In this document: positions 49,378 to 57,465 of the stretch, piece by piece
Numbering within the stretch: position 1 is the first letter of the stretch
How the letters are laid out: each line of letters opens with the position of its first letter
Notes under the pieces: model-generated
Databases searched by the model: none
What the model was told of the DNA's origin: nothing
What the model saw: only the letters and a program-made list of their open reading frames with translations
Assembly: GCA_963749345.1 (NCBI GenBank)
Contig: CAVVMO010000001.1
Location: 1,011,336 to 1,075,335, forward strand
Length of the DNA stretch: 64,000 nt
DNA from: an uncultured Bacteroidales bacterium
GTDB lineage: Bacteria; Bacteroidota; Bacteroidia; Bacteroidales; JAADJA01
Direction of reading: 5' to 3'
Made by a program: the position numbers and the translations under genes

Positions 49378-52300
49378 TTAATCTTTAATACAACGAACAA
49401 CAAAACCATGTACTTTGGTTTCATAAGATCGTCCATATCCTCCACTTGATTTGTTAAGGTTTCGATAAATTGATTGTGTTTCCGAAAATTCAGTCGAAGT
49501 CCAGATATAGGTTGATAATTTTATCTCAGCAAAAACAGGACCAATAGGACTTACTTGACGACTTAAACCTGCACCAAGGAAAGATAAACCACTTGAGTTT
49601 GTTGCTCCAGTATTTGGCTCATCCCAATGTAAATATCCAGTTTCTTTAATCATCCCGCCTACATTACTTCCTGCCGGCCAACCCCAAGAATAACATTCTA
49701 AAGTCGGATCAAGAAAAGTCATTAAAGTGCAATATTCGTCATCAGTTGGCATATGCCAGCCTTCAGGACAAATTCCAACATTACTCTCACCTGTACTATA
49801 TTGCATTGCTTCATTCCATTGATATAATCCGCCATAAATCAAACAATTATTTTCATTATTTTCATAACAATACTTTTGGATTATACCATCATCTGATTGA
49901 TCAATTGGGAAATCAATCATGGTTCCGATATTCATGTTTTCAGCCATCCAGCATTGAGTTCCTATTTGGACAGTTGAATAAGATTGGCCATCACGAATGT
50001 CAATAATTCCTTCACCACAAGGTACAGATGGAATTGTAACTGTTATAATAATACCTTTCCCACTATTAGGTTTCCACTTAATAATTTTATCATCAATTTC
50101 TACCTGGCTGTTCATATTATAGTCTCCATTATAGTAACCTGTTAAACCCAATTGGGTAAGCCATACATCATTTTTATCCAGGTTATTTATCAGTCCGTCG
50201 GAATTTCCATCAGCAGCGATCATACCCCAAACATTTGGAGTTAGCTGACTTTGCGAATGAGAACCGCCAAGACCAGTGTTTGAAGAAACTGTAAAATCAT
50301 AATTATAAATACCGGCTGATCCTGTAATAGGAAAAGAAGATATAATCGGCAAATGATTCCGATGAATGACCCTCAGATAAAAATTTTCCGGCGGTAATTC
50401 AGGAAAATCTAGAGGAGAGGTTCCGTCAATATCCCTTACGACTCCATCATTAAATACAAATGCAGCTTTTCGGCTTATTGCAACATAATTTGTATCATTG
50501 CCTGAGATTAATTTTTGAAGTATTTCAATAAGCACCCAGTCGATAATATTAACGGATGGGATATTTATTACAGATTCATTTCCCAGGTATTGCCATGGCG
50601 CTGAATTATATGGCTGATCTAACGGTAAATATCCTAATGCATTTAAGAAGTTTGACATTTGACCGCTGAAATATGGCCCCTCAAGAAAAACTTTAATATT
50701 TATTGCTTTTGAAAGGGTGGTAAATGTATACGGACCTACCCATGCACTATTGCCATAGTTATTACTACAATTAGCTCTAACATAAAAATCATATTCAGTG
50801 TTTGCTAATAAGTTATTATAGTTGTATGGATTAGATGAAATATTGGATGCTGTTGGCACACCTGTTGGTATGAAACCAGCAGTGTCCAATTCAATTTCCC
50901 ATGTTGCAGCACTTCCGTTCTCTATCCAACCTAAGTTTGCAGAATAATGAGTTATGTTGGTAACAAACAAGTTAGAAGGTTCGGGACAAATACCTTCATC
51001 AACTGAAATGTTGTCAATAAATAGGTCAGAGCCAAAACCGGATATTCCATTACACTTTATTAAAATATTATCCCCAAAAGAAGAAAGATCAATAATTCCT
51101 GAAGAAATAAAGCTACCAGGTATCTGGTATGCTGCACCATCATTTGAATTAAAGTCCGGACCTCCAAGCGACCAAACTTTCGACCAACTAAAAGCATTGT
51201 CATCTGAAACAAAAACTTCTAAAGAATCATTCAATAACGTAGGATAGGGTATGTGAGACCAGAAAAATTCAAGTGAAGGAGTTTCTAGAGCTGATATATC
51301 AATAGTGTTTGTTATCATTAAACAATTATTGTTTTGATTGACAGACCAGAAGTTTGCTAATGCACTTCCTTGGGTAGAGGAAGGGGCATAATGCATCCAA
51401 CAAAAGGACCCTCCACTGAGGTCGAAACATAGTGGTGGCCAGGTAGAAAATGTTTCATAAAATGGTGCTATGAAAGAAGGGCCTTTGGTTGAAAATGACT
51501 TTGGTCCCGACCAAAAACTGGTTTCCTCCTCAGTGCAGACGGACCTAACATAAAAATCATAATTTGTACATGAAGTCAAATTTTCATAATTATATGAATT
51601 TGATTGCACACCGGTAACTGTTGGGATTCCTGTAGGAATAAAACCTATAGGTCCAAATTCTATATCCCATGATGTAGCTGAACCGGTTTCTAACCATTGA
51701 AGAGTTGCTGTTGTTTCCATCACATCAATGGCATCAAGTTCAATTGGAGCAGAACATGAATAAAAAGAAATATTGTCTAAAAGAAGATAAACTTGATTTG
51801 GTTCGCTGTAACCGTGAAAACCGATAAAATATACACCGCTGGTAGTGGGTGTAATTGTGCCAGTTCCATCATGCCATACATTGCTATATTGAATTGCTGC
51901 ATCATTGAAAATGGGACCATTAGTCATTGCTACTGAATTCGCTTCTAATCCCCACTTTACTTCTAATTTCTCAAAATAAATTGAAGAATTGTTTGTATAT
52001 TTAAAATTCAAAGTATATGTTGTTCCAGATGAAAGCCAGAATCCTGGGGTAAAGAACCAGTCATCCATTGCCAGGGAGGAATTATATCTCACATACAAAA
52101 CATTCGGTAAAGAAGGGGGATTTAATGCATTTGCATATGTTTGCCAGTAATAGGGATCTATATTGGTATTTTCATAGGTTGTGCAATTCGGTAACGCAGG
52201 TGCTGTTACCGAATCGAAATTCTGGAAATAGGGAAGCGAGACTATCTGACATATCGTAATGAAAGTCCATACAGGTCCATTTGTTGTAAGAGTACCATTG

Positions 52301-53595
52301 TGCTCAATAACCTGCCATTGATATGTGCTACCATAATCTGCTGTATATGTGTAGGAGCCAGTAGAACCAGCAATACCACCAGTAACAACCTGAACCATGC
52401 TTCCAGGATGCCCGAATTTAAGATCATAGGTTACAGTATTTGCTCCAAATGACCATGTTAAATTACCACTAATTTCAATATTTGCTGCTCCATCCGCTGG
52501 ACTGGGATTGAATGGATCAAAGGGAGTTCCCCCAACAGGTGGTATATAAGTAAAGATCAATCCACTGCTAGGATATACCGTGTTTGACATTATGCATGAT
52601 GCTGTATTGGAAGTACCTGCGGTCGTGGATGACCAGTTTGTAGTTGTAGTTCTATTATTATAATCATTATTATTTGCTCCTCTAATTCCAACCTGACCGG
52701 TTGTTAAAGCTGAATACCCAACATGATTACCATAGACAATTTCAGCTTTATTGGATGTTTCGTAAAGTTTGATTTGGAAATTATATAGTTCTCCATAATA
52801 AGTAGACCCATATCTTTTGAAATTTTTGAACTGAATTACATGAATCCGATTTGGGGAAGAACCCAAAGTTTGCGTTCTGATTTCAGCAGTATAAGCAATA
52901 CAGGTTTGCAAAGTACCTGTCGCTGTGGCATTGGCAGATAAAGTGATTGTCTGTGCTCCCGCGTTAAATGAAACAATGGTGGCGCCTGCTGGTATATTTG
53001 CAGAGGTAACTTGTTTCCCTACAACAATACCACCAAAATGAGATACAGACGACAGAACAGGGCTTCCCAAAGTTGTGGTTGCCTGGAAAACAAAACGGCC
53101 ATCATTATCCCGACTAAAAGCAGCGATTGCACCAGCATAATCTGTGGTCGCTGATATTGCCGTATAATTGTTATTAAGTGGAAGAGTTGTGCCAAATGTT
53201 ATATAACCATTAGAATTTATATTAAAATTAGTGTACGGCAAATCATTAAAAGTAAATGTAAATGGTATCGTTTGCATAGAATAATTAACATCATCCAAGT
53301 AATTAGTTCCACTGCCAGGAATTGAACTAGCAACCACAGTTCCTCCTGTAATTAGAGTATAAGTACCCAATGATTGACTAAATGTGTAGCTGGTGGCAGC
53401 ATCAGAGGGATAATCTATTTTAATGATTAAACCAGTTGTATTCTCAATAGAATTCAGTGTTGAATTTTCTATTATTTTATCATTGCCTGAATTTTGATAA
53501 TCTTTATATACGTCATTTTGAGCTTGAATTGTAATAATTGATAAAATGACCATTACCAAAAACGAAACAAGTGATAGCTTTAAAAGTTTTTTCAT
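49378..53595 (-). CDS. Giant secreted multidomain surface protein: two adhesin-like modules each followed by an FN3-like domain, a dockerin-like module and a C-terminal FISUMP (Fibrobacter succinogenes major paralogous, TIGR02145-like) domain
   Basis: 1405-aa ORF with a signal peptide. Two ~90-aa FN3-like repeats are present: CSAPIELDAIDVMETTATLQWLETGSATSWDIEFGPIGFIPTG...YDFYVRSVC at nt ~51487-51756, and CPEPSNLFVTNITHYSANLGWIENGSAATWEIELDTAGFIPTG...YDFYVRANC at nt ~50716-50988. The dockerin-type loops are DGNSDGLINNLD and DYNMNSQVEIDD. The C-terminus (DGQSYSTVQIGTQCWMAENMNIG...YGGLYQWNEAM...CPEGWHMPTDDEY...ATNSSGLSFLGAG...IWTSTE...HGFVVRCIKD) matches the FISUMP pattern. Confidence 0.8.
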   Translation of the reverse strand: MKKLLKLSLVSFLVMVILSIITIQAQNDVYKDYQNSGNDKIIENSTLNSIENTTGLIIKIDYPSDAATSYTFSQSLGTYTLITGGTVVASSIPGSGTNYLDDVNYSMQTIPFTFTFNDLPYTNFNINSNGYITFGTTLPLNNNYTAISATTDYAGAIAAFSRDNDGRFVFQATTTLGSPVLSSVSHFGGIVVGKQVTSANIPAGATIVSFNAGAQTITLSANATATGTLQTCIAYTAEIRTQTLGSSPNRIHVIQFKNFKRYGSTYYGELYNFQIKLYETSNKAEIVYGNHVGYSALTTGQVGIRGANNNDYNNRTTTTNWSSTTAGTSNTASCIMSNTVYPSSGLIFTYIPPVGGTPFDPFNPSPADGAANIEISGNLTWSFGANTVTYDLKFGHPGSMVQVVTGGIAGSTGSYTYTADYGSTYQWQVIEHNGTLTTNGPVWTFITICQIVSLPYFQNFDSVTAPALPNCTTYENTNIDPYYWQTYANALNPPSLPNVLYVRYNSSLAMDDWFFTPGFWLSSGTTYTLNFKYTNNSSIYFEKLEVKWGLEANSVAMTNGPIFNDAAIQYSNVWHDGTGTITPTTSGVYFIGFHGYSEPNQVYLLLDNISFYSCSAPIELDAIDVMETTATLQWLETGSATSWDIEFGPIGFIPTGIPTVTGVQSNSYNYENLTSCTNYDFYVRSVCTEEETSFWSGPKSFSTKGPSFIAPFYETFSTWPPLCFDLSGGSFCWMHYAPSSTQGSALANFWSVNQNNNCLMITNTIDISALETPSLEFFWSHIPYPTLLNDSLEVFVSDDNAFSWSKVWSLGGPDFNSNDGAAYQIPGSFISSGIIDLSSFGDNILIKCNGISGFGSDLFIDNISVDEGICPEPSNLFVTNITHYSANLGWIENGSAATWEIELDTAGFIPTGVPTASNISSNPYNYNNLLANTEYDFYVRANCSNNYGNSAWVGPYTFTTLSKAINIKVFLEGPYFSGQMSNFLNALGYLPLDQPYNSAPWQYLGNESVINIPSVNIIDWVLIEILQKLISGNDTNYVAISRKAAFVFNDGVVRDIDGTSPLDFPELPPENFYLRVIHRNHLPIISSFPITGSAGIYNYDFTVSSNTGLGGSHSQSQLTPNVWGMIAADGNSDGLINNLDKNDVWLTQLGLTGYYNGDYNMNSQVEIDDKIIKWKPNSGKGIIITVTIPSVPCGEGIIDIRDGQSYSTVQIGTQCWMAENMNIGTMIDFPIDQSDDGIIQKYCYENNENNCLIYGGLYQWNEAMQYSTGESNVGICPEGWHMPTDDEYCTLMTFLDPTLECYSWGWPAGSNVGGMIKETGYLHWDEPNTGATNSSGLSFLGAGLSRQVSPIGPVFAEIKLSTYIWTSTEFSETQSIYRNLNKSSGGYGRSYETKVHGFVVRCIKD

Positions 53596-53650
53596 TGATT
53601 TATAAAATTTATTGATTTAAAAATAAAAAAAAGTCTATCATCTTAAAATT

Positions 53651-53683
53651 CATCCTACCCACTTTTGTAAGTAGGGTAGGATA
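53651..53683 (-). terminator. Strong hairpin between the small ORF and the giant gene (weak U-tract; possible terminator)
   Basis: ATCCTACCCACT (53652-53663) pairs with AGTAGGGTAGGAT (53670-53682), giving 12 bp with one bulged A. On the minus strand it is followed by GAATTTTAAG. Confidence 0.4.
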
Positions 53684-53735
53684 AAAAGTAGTTATTATTT
53701 GCGAAGAATGTTTGCTATATATCATTTAAAACATT

Positions 53736-53981
53736 TTAAATGCTTATTTCACCTCCACCATAAATCCCCTTCAAGCTTGCATCCGGATTGTAAACCATGA
53801 GGAATGTATTACCGGCAGCGCCAAGCTGGGCAGGGGTAAATTCATCTTCTTTGCCGGGCTGAAGTTCGGGGGCGGTTTCAGGTACAGGATTATCTGCCTT
53901 GGCAGCAGTGTAGAAGCGCAACGGGGCATCACCAGTGTTTTCGACGGTAAATACTGAGGCTGCAGTAAACCCGTCTTTCAT
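53736..53981 (-). CDS. Small acidic orphan protein (81 aa from the ATG at 53981), GC-rich; possibly the 3' remnant of a larger gene
   Basis: Sequence MKDGFTAASVFTVENTGDAPLRFYTAAKADNPVPETAPELQPGKEDEFTPAQLGAAGNTFLMVYNPDASLKGIYGGGEISI. By hand count, 122 of 246 nt are G+C (about 50%), against visibly AT-richer flanks. The supplied ORF extends to 54233 through AT-rich sequence. Confidence 0.4.
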   Translation of the reverse strand: MKDGFTAASVFTVENTGDAPLRFYTAAKADNPVPETAPELQPGKEDEFTPAQLGAAGNTFLMVYNPDASLKGIYGGGEISI

Positions 53982-54269
53982 GATGATCACCTTTGCGGCA
54001 GAATTTACGGAACCGGAGAATGCAAGGACACATTGAGGGTTTTTTATAGTATTGCAGATATTAAAATTATGGGTTATCAATGTTTTAAATTTGATGCAAG
54101 TAAAATTATAATCGAAAAATTGCTTAAAAACAATATGATCAAACTGGTGTAGGAAGGGCATGAATTTTTTGAGGAAATGATGTGTTTGGATTAGGAAACT
54201 ATTGATTATTTTTAAACCCGGTAAATAAATCATGATTCTGAATCCATTTATTTAAATAAAAATCATTCG

Positions 54270-56369
54270 GTGACGGAAGGAAAACATAATTCGGGAAGTT
54301 GGCCTATACTTATCAATCCTTATATATTGGCATTGGTGGCTTCCTTAATAATTATTTTGCTTCTGCCAATGGACTTCCCTAAATATAAAATTGAAATAAT
54401 TGATAACCAGGTGCATCAAAGTAATAATTTCAGGATTTTTGATGATCTGGATAATAATGGTTATAGCGATGAAATAAACCTTGCGAACAACTTTATCGGC
54501 TCAACCGGATTATCCGTCAGATTTAATCCACACAACATAATAGAACAATGGAATTTTCAGGGAAGCAATATTTTTGTTTCTAAGGAAAACTTAATTATTG
54601 GTGACTTTGATAACAATTTGATTAAAGAAATATATGGTTTTACAATTTCAAACGACAGTATTTTTCTAAACTGGGTACCAAATATTACAGGTAAGGAAGT
54701 CAAACAGAGATTCATCACTAAGGTGCGTATAAAAAAAGGTAAATGCGACCCGGTTAATATTCCTCTTGAAATGGACGACCTGGATGGAGATGGTTACAAG
54801 GAATTGCTTTTTGGCATCAATACCGGATTTTCAGTTCAGCCTAGAAATGTTTTTGCATATAACATTGTAAGCGACTCATTGAAACAAAGCCCCAAAAGTG
54901 CAGCTGCATTCATAGATATATTTCAGTACGATGTTACCGGTGATGGCTTGAATGAAATATTACTTTATACTTATTCTCCTGAAAATCTGCACGACACAGG
55001 ATATCAATACCACGACAGCAGCGCCTGGATGATGGTTCTTGACAGAAAACTGGAATATTTATTTCCCCCAATTGAGATCAAAGGACGCTGGGGAACAGTC
55101 ATGCCGATAATTTTCAGAAATACAGGTTTACAGCTGATCTTCGGAGCAATGCATTATTGGCGCGACACTAATCATATTGGAATGAAAATGATGCTGCTTG
55201 ACACAATAGGCAACATTATAAAAGAACAGGTTTGTGACCCAGTGCCACCCAATGCAACAATTAAATTTTTCCAAACCTTTAGCAAAAGAGGAGATTACGC
55301 AGTAATTTCAACCGGAAATGAAATTCGTATTTATGATCAGTTCCTTGATCTTGATAGGGAAATTCCCTTAAACCAAAGGATATCTTGTCAGCATCAAATG
55401 GATCTGGATTTGGATGGCAGCAATGAAATACTATTGTATGCTACCGATAATAAATTGAGAATTTTCAGAGAAAATATGAAGCATCCTGCGATAATAGATA
55501 TAAGTAATATGGCCGATGAATATAACACTGCATTTTCATTAGTTAAAGTACCCGGCTTGCTGCCATTAATTTCGATTTTTTCTAATAATAAATGGTATTT
55601 GATTTCGTATGCCCTTAATCATATGTTTTATTGGCGGTGGGCAATCTATGCTGCCATATATTTAAGTGTTTTAGTATTTACTTTATTCGTACAGAAAATC
55701 CAGCGTATTCAACTCCAGAGCAAGTACAATACCGAAAAGAAAATTACTGAGTTGCAGCTAAAGATTATAAAAAACCAGCTCGACCCGCATTTCGTACTCA
55801 ATGCCATTAATTCAATCACCAGTTCGGTTTCCAACCAAAAAAAGGAAGAAGCTACTGAACATTTGCAGCAATTCTCTCAAATGTACCGGTCGCTGGTTTT
55901 GTCATCGGACAAGATCACACGCACATTGACTGAGGAGATTGCTTTTACTGAAAACTACCTGAAAATGGAGCAGTTCAGGTTTAGCATGAAGTTTCAATAT
56001 TCCATTGTTATTGATCCGGCCATTGATACAACAATTGAAGTCCCCAAGATGATCGTTCAGTCGTACACTGAGAATGCCATTAAGCATGGATTGGCAGGCA
56101 GAAAGGAAGGAGGAGGCATACTTGAAATAATGGCTAAGCAATTTGACCAAAAGTTAATCCTTACCATCAAAGACAATGGAGGTGGAAGAAAAGAATCTGC
56201 ACAGGCAGGATCTACTTCAACCGGCAAAGGCGTTGAAATGATGAACAACCTCTACGATCTGTACTATAAAATAACCAACAGAAAAATTACGGGTGAAATA
56301 GTGGATTTATATGACGATGAAGAGAAATCAGCGGGAACAAGCGTTATCGTAACAATTCCAATTAATTAA
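54270..56369 (+). CDS. Sensor histidine kinase, LytS/His_kinase (PF06580-like) type, with an extracytoplasmic FG-GAP/VCBS-like beta-propeller sensor domain
   Basis: 699-aa ORF with a GTG start and a first TM segment. The ~400-aa external region carries Ca-binding-type loops (DDLDNNGYSDEINL, GDFDNNLIKEIY, DDLDGDGYKELLF, DVTGDGLNEILLY, DLDLDGSNEILLY). A second TM segment (WAIYAAIYLSVLVFTLFV) follows, then the H-box (LKIIKNQLDPHFVLNAINSI) and the ATPase domain (ENAIKHG, DNGGG, STGKGVEMMN). Confidence 0.8.
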   Translation: MTEGKHNSGSWPILINPYILALVASLIIILLLPMDFPKYKIEIIDNQVHQSNNFRIFDDLDNNGYSDEINLANNFIGSTGLSVRFNPHNIIEQWNFQGSNIFVSKENLIIGDFDNNLIKEIYGFTISNDSIFLNWVPNITGKEVKQRFITKVRIKKGKCDPVNIPLEMDDLDGDGYKELLFGINTGFSVQPRNVFAYNIVSDSLKQSPKSAAAFIDIFQYDVTGDGLNEILLYTYSPENLHDTGYQYHDSSAWMMVLDRKLEYLFPPIEIKGRWGTVMPIIFRNTGLQLIFGAMHYWRDTNHIGMKMMLLDTIGNIIKEQVCDPVPPNATIKFFQTFSKRGDYAVISTGNEIRIYDQFLDLDREIPLNQRISCQHQMDLDLDGSNEILLYATDNKLRIFRENMKHPAIIDISNMADEYNTAFSLVKVPGLLPLISIFSNNKWYLISYALNHMFYWRWAIYAAIYLSVLVFTLFVQKIQRIQLQSKYNTEKKITELQLKIIKNQLDPHFVLNAINSITSSVSNQKKEEATEHLQQFSQMYRSLVLSSDKITRTLTEEIAFTENYLKMEQFRFSMKFQYSIVIDPAIDTTIEVPKMIVQSYTENAIKHGLAGRKEGGGILEIMAKQFDQKLILTIKDNGGGRKESAQAGSTSTGKGVEMMNNLYDLYYKITNRKITGEIVDLYDDEEKSAGTSVIVTIPIN

Positions 56370-56377
56370 ACTGAAAT

Positions 56378-57127
56378 ATGCAAAACCGGCAACTAAGGAC
56401 AATTATAGTAGATGATGAGGAAAAGGCAATAAATAATCTGGAAACCCTATTGAATAATTTCCCGCAGGTTCAGATCATAGATAAATCAACAGATCCTGAA
56501 AAGGCATTGGGTAAAATACTGCTCCAAAAACCCGATTTACTATTTATGGATATTCAAATGCCGGATAAAACAGGGTTTGAAATCGTATCAGAAGTTTATC
56601 GGAGTGGATTAAGACCCGACATTATATTTGTAACAGCTTTTGATAAGTATGCCATCACTGCCATTCGTTATGCTGCATTCGATTACCTGCTGAAACCAGT
56701 TAACAAGGAAGAACTTAAAGATGCGTTGGAACGGTTACTGAAAAAAACAACTGAAACAGATAAGGAGGAACAGATTAAAATACTTATCGAGAAAACGAGT
56801 AGACATAAAATCAAATTCTCAAATGCAGGCGGATTCATTCTTATTAAACCCGAGGATATTATTTACATCGAGGCCGACTGGAATTATTCCGAAATTTATT
56901 TCAGCAAGGAAATAAAGGAAGTCGTTACAATGAATATCGGAAGTGTTGAAGAACTATTACCAAAAGAAGATTTTTACAGGATCAATCGTTCAATAATCAT
57001 TAATATTAACTACCTTTCGAGGGTAATTCGTAAAAAGCTTTTGGCCATACTTATTAAAGATGGCCAGGAATACCAGTTCAAAATACCAATATTAAAAATC
57101 CGGGGACTGGAAAGGTTTTTAGCTTAA
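56378..57127 (+). CDS. LytTR-family (LytR/AlgR) response regulator
   Basis: 249-aa ORF. The receiver domain reads IIVDDEEKAI...DLLFMDIQMPDKTGFE...FVTAFDKYA, and the LytTR domain reads IIYIEADWNYSEIYF...FYRINRSIIININYL. It starts 8 nt after the kinase stop codon. Confidence 0.9.
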   Translation: MQNRQLRTIIVDDEEKAINNLETLLNNFPQVQIIDKSTDPEKALGKILLQKPDLLFMDIQMPDKTGFEIVSEVYRSGLRPDIIFVTAFDKYAITAIRYAAFDYLLKPVNKEELKDALERLLKKTTETDKEEQIKILIEKTSRHKIKFSNAGGFILIKPEDIIYIEADWNYSEIYFSKEIKEVVTMNIGSVEELLPKEDFYRINRSIIININYLSRVIRKKLLAILIKDGQEYQFKIPILKIRGLERFLA

Positions 57128-57322
57128 GGAATAATATTAATCTATCAGATCCTGTAACTTCCCTAGCAGCCGCAAGTTTATAACTTTTATCAATAAGTAA
57201 CTTATTTTCCTTTATTTAAAACAAATTATGTTTTGGTTAATAATTATTTTTCAAATCACTAATTCTTAATTGAATGATGATTTGTTAGATTGTTAAAATC
57301 TAATTTTTGGAAGACTTTTTAT

Positions 57323-57358
57323 GAAAAAAAAGAGACTACCTTTGTCAGGTAATCTCTT
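57323..57358 (-). terminator. Strong Rho-independent terminator immediately 3' of the tRNA-like gene
   Basis: On the minus strand, AAGAGATTACC-tgacaaa-GGTAGTCTCTT forms an 11-bp stem with one G-U pair, followed by TTTTTTTT. Confidence 0.75.
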
Positions 57359-57362
57359 GTTA

Positions 57363-57435
57363 GCAGGGAGGAGGGGCTCGAACCCTCATCAGTCTAGTTA
57401 GTTCTAGAATATCTATCCAGTTGACTACTTCCTGC
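57363..57435 (-). tRNA. tRNA-like sequence, non-canonical (probable tRNA pseudogene or relic, or an atypical tRNA-derived RNA)
   Basis: Minus-strand sequence: GCAGGAAGTAGTCAACTGGATAGATATTCTAGAACTAACTAGACTGATGAGGGTTCGAGCCCCTCCTCCCTGC. The T arm is perfect (GAGGG-TTCGAGC-CCCTC), and U8/A9/A14/GG-like positions are present if G1 is treated as a -1 base. The acceptor helix is 8 bp with one A-C mismatch and the D stem has only 3 bp. The only good anticodon stem (TCTAG/CTAGA) encloses a 6-nt loop, AACTAA, which contains CTA. No CCA is encoded. Confidence 0.45.
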
Positions 57436-57440
57436 TTGTT

Positions 57441-57465
57441 AGGACTGCAGCAACAGTCCTTTTTT
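57441..57465 (+). terminator. Hairpin plus T-run (plus-strand terminator-like), 5 nt from the 5' end of the tRNA-like gene
   Basis: AGGACTG-cagcaa-CAGTCCT followed by TTTTT. Confidence 0.5.
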
